Assembly: GCA_018675975.1 (NCBI GenBank) | Contig: JABGXB010000002.1 | Location: 256,098 to 320,097 of the forward strand | Reading direction: 5' to 3' | Source of the DNA: Candidatus Woesearchaeota archaeon | Lineage (GTDB): Archaea; Nanobdellota; Nanobdellia; Woesearchaeales; JABGXB01 | Length of the DNA: 64,000 nt | In this document: one piece after another, positions 47,489 through 57,824 of the stretch | Position numbering within the stretch: position 1 is the stretch's first letter | Layout: every line of letters starts with the position of its first letter | Notes under the pieces: generated by a model | What the model saw: the letters and a program-made list of their open reading frames with translations, nothing else | The model's database searches: none | Told to the model about the DNA's origin: nothing | Made by a program: the position numbers and the translations under genes

Positions 47489-48988
47489 ATGGGTTTATTA
47501 GACGGATTGATTTCATTAATACCAGAAGTTTCCAAACCGATGGAAAAAAAGTTATCATTTAAAAAAAAATTGTACTGGACACTTGCAATTTTAATAGGAT
47601 TCTTTATTTTAGGTACATTACCTCTTTATGGTTTAGGTGAAGATAGATTAGCTCAATTTGAAACATTATCTATAATCATTGGAGCAAGTTTTGGTTCATT
47701 AATGACATTAGGTATTGGTCCAATTGTAACTGCATCAATTGTATTATCATTATTACAAGGTTCAGGTATAATTAATTTTGATACATCAACAGAAGTTGGT
47801 AAAAAAAGATATCATGGTATTAGTAGATTATTAGGTTTAGGTTTTGTATTATTTGAAGCAATTGTTTATGTAAAATTAGGAGCACTTGCACCAGCAACTG
47901 TCATAGATGGTATAGCAATGAATTTTGGTGCACAAAAAGTTATTGAATCATTATTAATATTACAATTAATTATAGGTGGTTTTGTTGTACTCTTAATGGA
48001 TGATGTAATTAACAAATGGGGATTTGGTTCCGGAATATCATTATTTATTGTAGCGGGTGTTGCACAACAATTAGTTATGAGAATATTTAATCCATTTAAT
48101 GATACAGGAAGTTGGGCACTTGGACTCGATATTGTAAATTGGCAAGCAACAGGATTTTTTTGGTCATCAATTTCAACTGCAATGAGTGCCAATTGGCAAG
48201 GATTTTTTTTAGCATTTTTACCAATACTCTCAACAGTTTTAGTTTTTTCAATTTGTGTATTTGTACAATCAATGAAAATTGAAATACCGTTACAAATTGC
48301 AAGATATGGTGGATTTTCATATAGACATCCTTTAAACTTTTTATATACAAGTAATATTCCTGTAATATTTATTGCAGCATTACTTGCAAATGTACAATTA
48401 TTATCAACAGTTATGAATAACTGGGTTAATTCAGGAAGTGAATTTATTTCACAAAACATTATAGGACAATCAATTGGTTGGTTTACAAATAATGTAATAG
48501 GTCAAATTGGGGCAGGTTCAAGTATTGCAGGAACTGGTATTTCAGGATGGGCAACTGCACCAAATGTATTAAATAGTGTAATTACACAAAAAACATTATT
48601 ATTAGGAACAGATTTTTATTTATGGATTTTAGGTTACACAATACTTTTAGTTATTGGTTCAATGATTTTTGCAATGTTCTGGGTTCAAACAAGTGGTGCT
48701 GATGCACATAGTTTATCTAAAAGCTTATTCAAAAGTGGATTACAAATTCCAGGAACTAGATCAGATCCAAGAATTCTTGAAAGACATTTATCAAGATATA
48801 TAATGCCACTTACAATAATGGGTGGTATTGCCGTAGGATTATTAGCTGCATTTGCAGATTTAATGGGAGCTGCAACATCAGGTACAGGTATATTATTAGC
48901 AGTAATGATTATATACAAAATGTATGAAGATATTGCAAAAGAACATATGGGAGACTTTAATCCTGCATTTAAAAAAATGATTGCATAA
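47489..48988 (+). CDS. secY: Preprotein translocase subunit SecY
   Basis: GSLMTLGIGPIVTASI, WGFGSGISLFI, YTSNIPVI, GTGILLAV. Confidence 0.97.
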   Translation: MGLLDGLISLIPEVSKPMEKKLSFKKKLYWTLAILIGFFILGTLPLYGLGEDRLAQFETLSIIIGASFGSLMTLGIGPIVTASIVLSLLQGSGIINFDTSTEVGKKRYHGISRLLGLGFVLFEAIVYVKLGALAPATVIDGIAMNFGAQKVIESLLILQLIIGGFVVLLMDDVINKWGFGSGISLFIVAGVAQQLVMRIFNPFNDTGSWALGLDIVNWQATGFFWSSISTAMSANWQGFFLAFLPILSTVLVFSICVFVQSMKIEIPLQIARYGGFSYRHPLNFLYTSNIPVIFIAALLANVQLLSTVMNNWVNSGSEFISQNIIGQSIGWFTNNVIGQIGAGSSIAGTGISGWATAPNVLNSVITQKTLLLGTDFYLWILGYTILLVIGSMIFAMFWVQTSGADAHSLSKSLFKSGLQIPGTRSDPRILERHLSRYIMPLTIMGGIAVGLLAAFADLMGAATSGTGILLAVMIIYKMYEDIAKEHMGDFNPAFKKMIA

Positions 48989-48989
48989 A

Positions 48990-49712
48990 ATGGTTATAGA
49001 TAATATTATTTTACCTTTATTTAATTATAATTTGTCAGTGGGTATGGCAATTGTAGCTTTAATTGCAACACTTTTCTCAACAGTAGTTTACAAATATACA
49101 ACAGATCAATTACTATTAAAAAGAATTAAAAGAGAAACAAAAGAATTACAAGAAAAAAGTAAATCCTTCAAGGATAATCAAGAAAAATTAATGCAAATAA
49201 ATAAAGAAATAATGTCTAAATCTTTTGAACAAATGAAAATTACATTCAAATCTAGTATGTATACAATGTTACCACTATTAATTGTTTTTATATATTTAGC
49301 AGGTAACTTTACATATGAACCAATAAAACCAAATGAACAATTTGAATTAAATATTTATTCTAATAATAAATCAATCGAATACCAATTACCAAAAAAAATT
49401 AAATTGATTGAAGTTAATAATATAGAAGAAGATAAAAATTATATTACAAATTTAAAATTAATTTCAAACAATACCGGTTTAGTAATAATACCAATAGAAA
49501 ATACAAAACATAGAATATTAATTAGTGACAAAATTGAGTATGAAGATCCAATACAAGAAATTTCCAATTCTAAAATAACTAAAATAGAAACAGTACATAA
49601 AGAATTAACATTTATTAATTTATTTGGATGGGAAATTGGTTATCTTGGAACTTATATTATATTTTCCATAATTTTTAGTATAATACTTCGAAAACTATTA
49701 AACGTACAATAA
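48990..49712 (+). CDS. EMC3/TMCO1/DUF106 (Oxa1 superfamily) membrane protein
   Basis: TM, coiled coil, TM, W/Y-rich C-terminal TM; follows secY. Confidence 0.85.
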   Translation: MVIDNIILPLFNYNLSVGMAIVALIATLFSTVVYKYTTDQLLLKRIKRETKELQEKSKSFKDNQEKLMQINKEIMSKSFEQMKITFKSSMYTMLPLLIVFIYLAGNFTYEPIKPNEQFELNIYSNNKSIEYQLPKKIKLIEVNNIEEDKNYITNLKLISNNTGLVIIPIENTKHRILISDKIEYEDPIQEISNSKITKIETVHKELTFINLFGWEIGYLGTYIIFSIIFSIILRKLLNVQ

Positions 49713-49791
49713 TAATTTATTTCTATTTATTACATAACAATGTCTATTAAACACGCAAAGTTATAAATAAACATTAACTAAAAGAAATAAA

Positions 49792-50541
49792 ATGAAGATT
49801 GAAGTTCATAACAAAAAAGAGTTTAAAAATTTATCATTCATAGGTGCATTACCAGGAATAGGTAATGTCGGTAAATTAGCAATTGATTATATGATTGAAA
49901 AATTAAATGCAAAAAAAATTCAAACGTTAACATTTCCAGATACATTAAATAGTGTAATCGTTACAAAATCAAATACATTAGCATTGCCAACAGTTGAAAT
50001 ATATCATAAAAAAATAAAAGGAAAAAATATTATTCTTTTAACTGGTGAACTTAATACAGAAGACAAAGTTGAAATTAAAAATGTATTACAACACACAATG
50101 TCATTTTTATCAAAAAATAATTGTCAAAAAATAATTACAATTGCAGGAATTGGAATGGAACATGTTCCAGAAAATCCAGAAATTTATGTTACAGGAAATA
50201 CTAAAACATTTTATAAAAATTTTAAATTACCAAAAACAGTAAAAAAAAATGCAAGTGAACTTGTTAGAAATATTAATGGATTTAGTGGGATTTTACCAAC
50301 ACTTGCAAAATCAGAAAAAATTCATTCTTGTTGTTTATTAACAGAAACTTATAATAGTCCATTTTTTTTAGGATATAAAAGTGCAAAAGAAATAATTAAA
50401 GTTTTAAGTAAACAATTTGATTTTAAAATTTGTTTTAAAAAATTAGATCAAGAAATTGAAGCTTTTGATTTACTATTAGAAATTGGTGAAGATAGTTCAA
50501 AAGATATTGATAGTGATAAAGAATTAAATTATTTTAATTAA
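49792..50541 (+). CDS. PAC2 family proteasome assembly chaperone
   Basis: LPGIGNVGKLAIDY, G.SG.L, CLL.ET motifs. Confidence 0.88.
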   Translation: MKIEVHNKKEFKNLSFIGALPGIGNVGKLAIDYMIEKLNAKKIQTLTFPDTLNSVIVTKSNTLALPTVEIYHKKIKGKNIILLTGELNTEDKVEIKNVLQHTMSFLSKNNCQKIITIAGIGMEHVPENPEIYVTGNTKTFYKNFKLPKTVKKNASELVRNINGFSGILPTLAKSEKIHSCCLLTETYNSPFFLGYKSAKEIIKVLSKQFDFKICFKKLDQEIEAFDLLLEIGEDSSKDIDSDKELNYFN

Positions 50542-52489
50542 CTTCTTTTGGTATTAAAAAATAAAATTCTGTAAATTCATTTATCTTACTTTCTACAAAA
50601 ATTTCACCACCATGTAAATTAACTAAATATTTACTAATAACTAAACCCAAACCAGTTCCACCAACAGCATCTCTTACATCAGTACTTATTTGACAAAATT
50701 TATTAAATAATAAAGGTATATTTTTTTCATCTATACCATTACCATAATCTTTTACTGAAATAATATAATGATTTTTTAATGCTTTTTTTAAAAAATATTC
50801 ATAAGAAATTTGTATTTCATCACTTTTTTGAACATTTAAAAAATCAGAAAATGTATTGAAGTCTGAAAAATTAACTTCTAAATCATCATCTCCTTTAAAT
50901 TGTTTAAAAAAATATTCATTTATTGATTTAAAATAATGTTCTTTATTTAAATCAACACCATCTATTTTACAAATAATTTGATTTCCAGATGAAGAAAATT
51001 TTATACCGTTTGATATTAAATTTGTAAGAATTTGAAAAAATCGATCGGGATCTACATAAATTGATTGAAAGTTAAAATCTTTTATTAATTTTATATCTTT
51101 TTGCTCCAATATATAATTAAGTGTATTTAAATGCTGAATTAATTCAAGTTGAGTTATTTTTCTTTTATTTACAAGTAAATTACCGGATTCAATTTTATTA
51201 ATATCTAACATGTCATTAACCAGACGCCCAAGACGATTAGCTTCATCTTTTATAATTTGTAAAAAATCTTTTTGTTGAACGTCAAGTTTTTCTACTCCAT
51301 ACATAAATAATAAATTAATATATCCCTTTATTGAAGTTAAAGGAGTTCTCAATTCATGACTTACTACATTTACAAAATCACTTTTTAATTCATCAAGTTT
51401 TTTTAATTTTTCATTTGCTTCTTTTAATTCATAAGTCCGATTTTCAACTTCATCTTTTAAAATTTTATTAAAATTGTGAATTTTATCCACATACATACTA
51501 TCCCTAAATGCACGAACTGCAGCATTTGCCATAACCCCAACCAAATATAATGAATGTTTACTCAAGGGTCTTTGAGAAAATGATCTCGCTGCATGAATGT
51601 GACCAATTATTTTATTTTTAAAAATTAATGGGTAATTAATATAACTTTTAACATCATTCATAATTGAAATATTTCGATTATCTCCACTACTAGTATTTGA
51701 AACATAATATGGTTTAGGATTTTTTTTAATTCTGTCCATTGCCCTCATCAAAATACCGCTTTTATTTAATAAATCCATTTTATCTTTAGAAAAACCAATA
51801 CCAATTCTTACAGGAATACTATCATCCTTATATAAACAAATTTCTACCTTACTCAAAAATAAATGATCTTTTAATAATTGACAAAACCGTGTCATAGAAG
51901 ATTTTAAATTAATTTCTTTACTCAACTCATCTCTTATTGACTTACCTAATTCAATTTCTCTATTTAATTTTTTTAATTTTTTATCTTGATTTATAATAAC
52001 TTTACTTAAATCTAATTGAAAAACATAATTTTTTGTAATTTCTTTTATTAAATTAAGTAATTCCATTTTCTCATCACTAATAATTTCAGTAGATTTAACT
52101 GTAAGAAAAGAAAAAAATCGAGAAAACATACAATCAGCTTTATAATTAAATTTACATTCATCAAAACACCTACACCCTTCAAAATCTCCCTCTAAATAAA
52201 AATTAAGCTCAGTTTTATTTTTAAAACTAAAATTAGAATTTACATTAAATATAATTGAACGAACTACCTCATCATCAAATCCATAATAATTTATTTGAAC
52301 TTCTTTATTTTTTTTACATATCACTTCTTTAAATTTAGATAACTTAATAGAATAATATAATACAGAAAATTCTTCAAAAGATGTATGTTCAAAAAGAATA
52401 TTTGATAAGGAAATAAATTTATTAGCATTAGTTTCTTTTAAATCAATTTTGTTAAATATATTTTTTATTAAAAAATTAATATCTATCAT
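50534..52489 (-). CDS. GAF-sensor histidine kinase
   Basis: GAF (YINYPLIFKNKIIG), H-box VSHELRTPLT, N-box NLISNGIKFS, DYGNGI, GGTGLGL. Confidence 0.93.
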   Translation of the reverse strand: MIDINFLIKNIFNKIDLKETNANKFISLSNILFEHTSFEEFSVLYYSIKLSKFKEVICKKNKEVQINYYGFDDEVVRSIIFNVNSNFSFKNKTELNFYLEGDFEGCRCFDECKFNYKADCMFSRFFSFLTVKSTEIISDEKMELLNLIKEITKNYVFQLDLSKVIINQDKKLKKLNREIELGKSIRDELSKEINLKSSMTRFCQLLKDHLFLSKVEICLYKDDSIPVRIGIGFSKDKMDLLNKSGILMRAMDRIKKNPKPYYVSNTSSGDNRNISIMNDVKSYINYPLIFKNKIIGHIHAARSFSQRPLSKHSLYLVGVMANAAVRAFRDSMYVDKIHNFNKILKDEVENRTYELKEANEKLKKLDELKSDFVNVVSHELRTPLTSIKGYINLLFMYGVEKLDVQQKDFLQIIKDEANRLGRLVNDMLDINKIESGNLLVNKRKITQLELIQHLNTLNYILEQKDIKLIKDFNFQSIYVDPDRFFQILTNLISNGIKFSSSGNQIICKIDGVDLNKEHYFKSINEYFFKQFKGDDDLEVNFSDFNTFSDFLNVQKSDEIQISYEYFLKKALKNHYIISVKDYGNGIDEKNIPLLFNKFCQISTDVRDAVGGTGLGLVISKYLVNLHGGEIFVESKINEFTEFYFLIPKEVN

Positions 52490-52854
52490 TGAACGTATTG
52501 ATCTACTTTATTTAATAAAAATTGAGGATCTATTGGTTTTTTTAAATATTCAACAGCCCCGGCTTCGTAACCTTTTAATTCATCTGAAAATTGTGATTTA
52601 GAAGTTAAAAATAAAATCGGAATATGTTTTGTAAGTTCATTTTCTTTTATTATTTTTGCAGCCTCAAAACCATTTAAACCAGGCATCATAACATCCAATA
52701 TAATAAGATTAGGCAAATGAGTTTCAGCAAGAGTTAAGGCTTCATGACCAACACTTGCCGTAATAACTTCAAATTCTTTTAATTTTAATGTAAGCTCTAT
52801 TAATTTTAAAATGTGCGGCTCATCATCAACAACTAGAATTTTTTTATCTTTCAT
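52486..52854 (-). CDS. Single-domain response regulator (REC)
   Basis: ILVVDDE, ILDVMMP, FLT, YLKKP. Confidence 0.95.
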   Translation of the reverse strand: MKDKKILVVDDEPHILKLIELTLKLKEFEVITASVGHEALTLAETHLPNLIILDVMMPGLNGFEAAKIIKENELTKHIPILFLTSKSQFSDELKGYEAGAVEYLKKPIDPQFLLNKVDQYVQ

Positions 52855-52930
52855 AAAATTACACCATTATAACAAAGCAGAGATTATATATAAATTTAAT
52901 TAAAATGAATTAAATGAATTAAAATTACTT

Positions 52931-53824
52931 TTAAATAAATAAATTATTAATTCTTTCAAATAAAAATAATCTTTTTTCATCTCTTTTCATTTTAATATAA
53001 ACAGATTTAAAATCATGGGAACTATATTTTCCAAAAATTAGTTTAACCCCCCTACTTTTATACCAAAATTTAATTTCCCCATCAAAATTATTGTTTTTAT
53101 TTAAATGATTTAAAATATTATAAATAATTATAATTTTTTTTTCTTTTAAATAATAAAAAAAACGTTCAAAAATACCTTTATTAAATTTAATTGTATATGA
53201 CAAATTTAAAAAATCTACTACATTCATATTATATTTCTTTAAAATTATAAAAAATACTTTTAATAAATCAATAGAATCTTGAAGTGCTCTATGACCAGTT
53301 GATTTTAAATTATAATTTACTTTTAAATCATCCAAACTACAACTCAAATTATTTGGCAATATAAATTTAAATATTTGTAATGTGTCCTTTACTATAATAT
53401 TATTAAATTTATAATTTAAATTATTCAAAAAAGAAATATCAAAATTACAATTATGTGCCAAAAAAACAGTATTTTTATAATTTTTATATATTTTATTAAA
53501 TTCATTTAAAACAAATTTTTCATCAAATCCATTTAATAATTCAGCTTCTGATATATTATTTATATGTTTTGCAAAATTATTAAATTTTTTATCTTTTTTA
53601 ATTAAATAATTTTTTTTTTCAACTATATTACCATCAATAGTACAAACTACCCACGCAAGTTCAATTACTTCGTGATTTTTAATATCCAAGCCAGAAGATT
53701 CAATATCAAAAAAAACTAAATGGTCAACTTTTTTTATTTTATTAAATTTAAAATTTAACTTAATATAAAATTCCATGAAAAAATTAACAATTTTTAAAAT
53801 TCTTAAATAAAAAAAATTAATCAT
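52931..53824 (-). CDS. DEDDh (DnaQ-like) 3'-5' exonuclease with possible C-terminal WYL-like domain
   Basis: DIESSG, AHNCNFD, HRALQD; C-terminal EKRLFLFERI. Confidence 0.85.
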   Translation of the reverse strand: MINFFYLRILKIVNFFMEFYIKLNFKFNKIKKVDHLVFFDIESSGLDIKNHEVIELAWVVCTIDGNIVEKKNYLIKKDKKFNNFAKHINNISEAELLNGFDEKFVLNEFNKIYKNYKNTVFLAHNCNFDISFLNNLNYKFNNIIVKDTLQIFKFILPNNLSCSLDDLKVNYNLKSTGHRALQDSIDLLKVFFIILKKYNMNVVDFLNLSYTIKFNKGIFERFFYYLKEKKIIIIYNILNHLNKNNNFDGEIKFWYKSRGVKLIFGKYSSHDFKSVYIKMKRDEKRLFLFERINNLFI

Positions 53825-54824
53825 CCAAAACTTCCCTTTTTTTAAAATGCAGAATTTTTGAACTCATCATATGCATTACAAACCAAACTATTAATCCAAA
53901 AATTAAAATGTGTAATATTAATATAAAAAATAAATTCAGATTAAAATAATTTGCCAATAATAAATTTCTAAATAATCTATAAGTAATTGAATATGGACTA
54001 ATAAGTACAAATGAAGTTGAAATTTCATATATTCTACTTAAAAATTCAAAAGATCCCATATATGTTAATAAGGATACAATAATACTAAATATTGCAGAAT
54101 TTTGAAAACTAGACGATAAATAACCAATCAAAAGTCCAATTAAAGTAAAAAGAATTGAAGTAAAAATTAATATTATATAAAAATAAATATTTGAAAATAA
54201 ATTTGTCCTAATAAAAATACTAATTAAAATAAAAATAATTAATAATTGTATTAATACTATTAATGTAGTAGAAAAAATCCTACCTAATAAAAACGTAAAT
54301 TCACTTGTACCAGTTATTTTATTTCTAATTAAAGTATTTGAATTTTTTTCCACAACTAAATTACTTGATGCAAAAAATATAGTTAAAAACATTATAATTA
54401 TTGCAATAAAATTAGCTAAAAACAAATCCTGTTTATTAGTATAAGATTTTAATACAAATTGTTCTGGTAATACTGAAGACAAATAATAATATAAATTTGA
54501 TTTAGTATTATCATAAATAACCATATTATCATTTAAACAAGCTTGAATATTACCTAAAACTAAATCTTTACTACAAGTTTTTAGGCTTTCATATTTGATT
54601 AAATTTAAATTACTATCTTTAATATCAAAAACAACATCTTGAGACATATAACCTACATTAACTAAACTAGTTTGGTTCATAGAAAAAACTAAAAAAAAGA
54701 TTATTAAAACTAAAAGTGGATAAAATACAAATAATAATAGATTTGACTTAAATCTAAAAAAACTTTTAAAATCTTTTTTTATTATTTGACCTAATTTACT
54801 CATTTTTAACCTCAATTTTTTCAT
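53817..54824 (-). CDS. ABC-2 type permease
   Basis: N-terminal TM, extracellular loop, EKNSNTL.R motif, five C-terminal TMs. Confidence 0.85.
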   Translation of the reverse strand: MKKLRLKMSKLGQIIKKDFKSFFRFKSNLLLFVFYPLLVLIIFFLVFSMNQTSLVNVGYMSQDVVFDIKDSNLNLIKYESLKTCSKDLVLGNIQACLNDNMVIYDNTKSNLYYYLSSVLPEQFVLKSYTNKQDLFLANFIAIIIMFLTIFFASSNLVVEKNSNTLIRNKITGTSEFTFLLGRIFSTTLIVLIQLLIIFILISIFIRTNLFSNIYFYIILIFTSILFTLIGLLIGYLSSSFQNSAIFSIIVSLLTYMGSFEFLSRIYEISTSFVLISPYSITYRLFRNLLLANYFNLNLFFILILHILIFGLIVWFVMHMMSSKILHFKKREVLDD

Positions 54825-55725
54825 AATTAAAACTAATTAATTTTTCACTATAATCTTTTAATAATCTTGACAAACCAAGCATTAAATTTGCATCATCTTT
54901 TAATGAAAGAATACATTTATCACCAATAATTTGAACAGAACTAATTTGTTTATGATCTTCTAATACTTTTAAAAAATTGCCATAATCCCCTGGATCACTC
55001 TTAAATGTAATTTTATATAACATTTTAAAATCACCTTTTTTATTTTTTGAATCATACGTTAATTTTCCTCTTTGTATTATAATCAAATGATCAAAAAGCT
55101 TACTAAATGGCTCATAATCCATATCTGAAACAATAACTGTCATACCATGATTTTTTAATTTTTTTAAAAGTGAAAATATTTCTTTTCTGGATTCATGATC
55201 TAAATCATTTGTAAAATTATTAACAAATAAAATTTTTGGATTATTAATAAGAGAACACAATATATTTGCTTTTTTAATTAATGTTAAAGGCAAATCACAG
55301 ACTTTCATATTTTTATATTTTCCAACTTCAACCATTTTTAATAATTTTGAAATGTTTTTATCTAAAATATGTCCTTGCATATCATGCAATGTGCCAAAAT
55401 ATTCTAAATTTTCTAAAATAGTTAAATGCCCATAAAGAGTATTATTATTATCAACATAACTAAAATGTCTATAAATTTGTGTTAAATTAACACCGCCAAA
55501 TAAAGGTGTTTTATTAAATGAAATTTTTCCAGAATCCGGACTAATAAACCCCGCCATAATTTTCATTAAAAAGTCACAATTTTCATCCCCGCCAATACAC
55601 ACAAAATCCAAATTATGTATATTAAAAGATATGTTTTTTAATGAATATAAATCAGAAATTTTAAGATTTATATTTTCTAAATTTAATAAATCCGTCTTTT
55701 TTTTCAAAACTTTATCTAAAAACAT
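54796..55725 (-). CDS. ABC ATPase-like protein with degenerate catalytic motifs
   Basis: LKNISF, G..SPDSG.I, LTILENL scaffold; Walker A, signature, Walker B and H-loop degenerate. Confidence 0.8.
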   Translation of the reverse strand: MFLDKVLKKKTDLLNLENINLKISDLYSLKNISFNIHNLDFVCIGGDENCDFLMKIMAGFISPDSGKISFNKTPLFGGVNLTQIYRHFSYVDNNNTLYGHLTILENLEYFGTLHDMQGHILDKNISKLLKMVEVGKYKNMKVCDLPLTLIKKANILCSLINNPKILFVNNFTNDLDHESRKEIFSLLKKLKNHGMTVIVSDMDYEPFSKLFDHLIIIQRGKLTYDSKNKKGDFKMLYKITFKSDPGDYGNFLKVLEDHKQISSVQIIGDKCILSLKDDANLMLGLSRLLKDYSEKLISFNYEKIEVKNE

Positions 55726-55842
55726 ATTAATTTAAAATATAATTTTGCTTTTAAATATTTCGCCTTAACAAAAAATTTATTAATAAAACTAATAAAAATA
55801 AAATATATAAAAATATACAAAAATGTACAAAAGAGGTATGAT

Positions 55843-56859
55843 ATGAAAAAAACAATATTATTTTTACTTATTATAATAACAATCACTAGTTTTGTCTCAA
55901 GTGCTAATTATTTATTTGAAAGTAATGACTTAGATGACTTATTAACAAGTGATAATGTAGAATATACTTATGTAGAAACAAATTCAAATTTAGACAAAGA
56001 TTTAGATGATTTAATAAAATCATTTGATAAAATTATAGAAGATTATGAAAGCGATGAAACCAGTTGTGAAAGTGCAAATAATGAAAGTAAATGTATTAAA
56101 ATAGAAAGAGAAAATACGGCTGAAAAAATAATTGATTGGTTTGATGGAAATGATGACGATAATTTAGTACCATTCTTAAAAAATATATTTGAAACTCAAA
56201 TAGATCTATTAAAAGACTCCCTATTATCCAAAAGAAATTATGTAAAAGGTTTAGAAACTAGCGATTTTTTTGAATCTAATTCAAAATGGGATGATATAAT
56301 GGATGACCTATCAGACATCAAATCAGACTTAGATCCTCAAAATAAAAGTGATTTTGTACAATTTAAAAATGATATTACTGATAAAGTTTCAAATCAATTA
56401 AAAAAATATATTTTTGAAGATTTAAAATTTGATTATTGGGTTATGCAAAATAAAATTCACATTGAGGAGTCTAGACAAAAATTAAAATTTTTTGAGGAAT
56501 TAGAAAAAACATATGATGACATTGAAATTGATATTAAAACATTAGGCATAAAAAATTCCAAAATAGATGATTTTACTGATAAATTAAAAGTATTTAAAGA
56601 TAATAATGAAGACTTAGAAAATTTATTTGAAGATTATGAATCAGCAAATGATAATTTTATTGACGAAGTTGATGACAGCAGAGATAAATTTGATTTAGAT
56701 GATACAATATATCCAAAAATTGATAGAAATTTAGAAATTGAAAATGATTATAACGATTGGACTGACAAAAAAGATTTATTTAAAAAAAAATATAAAGATC
56801 AAATAGAAATTATGGGTAAATTAAGAGAAGAAGTTTCTGATCTTTTAAGTAATATATAG
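55843..56859 (+). CDS. Secreted acidic helical protein
   Basis: Signal peptide, GAGGT SD, D/E-rich helical repeats. Confidence 0.7.
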   Translation: MKKTILFLLIIITITSFVSSANYLFESNDLDDLLTSDNVEYTYVETNSNLDKDLDDLIKSFDKIIEDYESDETSCESANNESKCIKIERENTAEKIIDWFDGNDDDNLVPFLKNIFETQIDLLKDSLLSKRNYVKGLETSDFFESNSKWDDIMDDLSDIKSDLDPQNKSDFVQFKNDITDKVSNQLKKYIFEDLKFDYWVMQNKIHIEESRQKLKFFEELEKTYDDIEIDIKTLGIKNSKIDDFTDKLKVFKDNNEDLENLFEDYESANDNFIDEVDDSRDKFDLDDTIYPKIDRNLEIENDYNDWTDKKDLFKKKYKDQIEIMGKLREEVSDLLSNI

Positions 56860-56870
56860 GAGGTTAAAAA

Positions 56871-57341
56871 ATGAAGAATATAATATTAATATTAATAATT
56901 GCATTAACTTTTGTATTTACAGGATGTTCATCTGATGGCGATCCAGAAATTGATAACATAGTTCAAGAAATAATTTCAGAAAATGAAAATACTCAAGTAA
57001 TTAGCGATAATCAAGAAATTCAACCTGCTACAGATATTGAAGAATTAAATAAAACTAATATTGAAGAAGAAAAAGAAGAAGCAATTGAAGAACCAGTAGA
57101 GGAAGAAGAAAAAGAAGAAACTACAAGTATAGTAAGTTCAAAATTAGATTTAGAAAGAGCATTAATTAAAGCAAGAACTGAAAAAAAATTAGAAAGATTA
57201 GGGGAAATAGAGAGTACACTCCAACTATCTGATTATAAAATTGAAAAAGATTTTGCTGAATCAGACGAATTAAAAGATTTATTTGATTTTCTAGATGATG
57301 AATTTGAATATAAAATAGAAAGCAAGGTTTTTGAAGATTAA
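56871..57341 (+). CDS. Putative lipoprotein
   Basis: MKNIILILIIALTFVFTGC lipobox; GGAGGT SD. Confidence 0.75.
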   Translation: MKNIILILIIALTFVFTGCSSDGDPEIDNIVQEIISENENTQVISDNQEIQPATDIEELNKTNIEEEKEEAIEEPVEEEEKEETTSIVSSKLDLERALIKARTEKKLERLGEIESTLQLSDYKIEKDFAESDELKDLFDFLDDEFEYKIESKVFED

Positions 57342-57362
57342 TTTTTTATTTTATTTTTTTTA

Positions 57363-57752
57363 TTATTGTTTATAATTTTCTATTACTTTTTGTGTAAATT
57401 CGTCCAACCCATCTATTAAATCACCATTTTTTTCCTCACACTCTAAAAGATTTTTAGCGGTTTGTTCATCAAAGCTTAATACTATATATCCATCATTAAA
57501 ATCAACTAAATAAGAAACATTGGTCATCATTTCAAAATAATTTTCATATAAAACCATAGAATCCAAAGATCCTCCTAACTTTTCAAGTATAATTGGATTT
57601 AAATTTTCTTCAGTATTTAAAACCCCGTTTAATGAATCAAATAATTTTCTTGTAACTTCAAACTCTTCTATAATGCCAGAATATAATTTTAAATAAGAAT
57701 GAAATTGAATTGCAAAATCTTCATTATTTGGTGGATAGTAATAGCGAGTCAT
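57363..57752 (-). CDS. Hypothetical protein
   Basis: 129-aa ORF filling the gap. Confidence 0.55.
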   Translation of the reverse strand: MTRYYYPPNNEDFAIQFHSYLKLYSGIIEEFEVTRKLFDSLNGVLNTEENLNPIILEKLGGSLDSMVLYENYFEMMTNVSYLVDFNDGYIVLSFDEQTAKNLLECEEKNGDLIDGLDEFTQKVIENYKQ

Positions 57753-57824
57753 AAATTTAACAAATTAATTTATGTTATAAATATTAGCAAATTAATTTAT
57801 AAATATAAAAAAAAACAATAAAAG

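Noticed and set aside
52898..52924. Short tandem AAATGAATT repeat
   Set aside because: Too short and AT-rich to distinguish from chance
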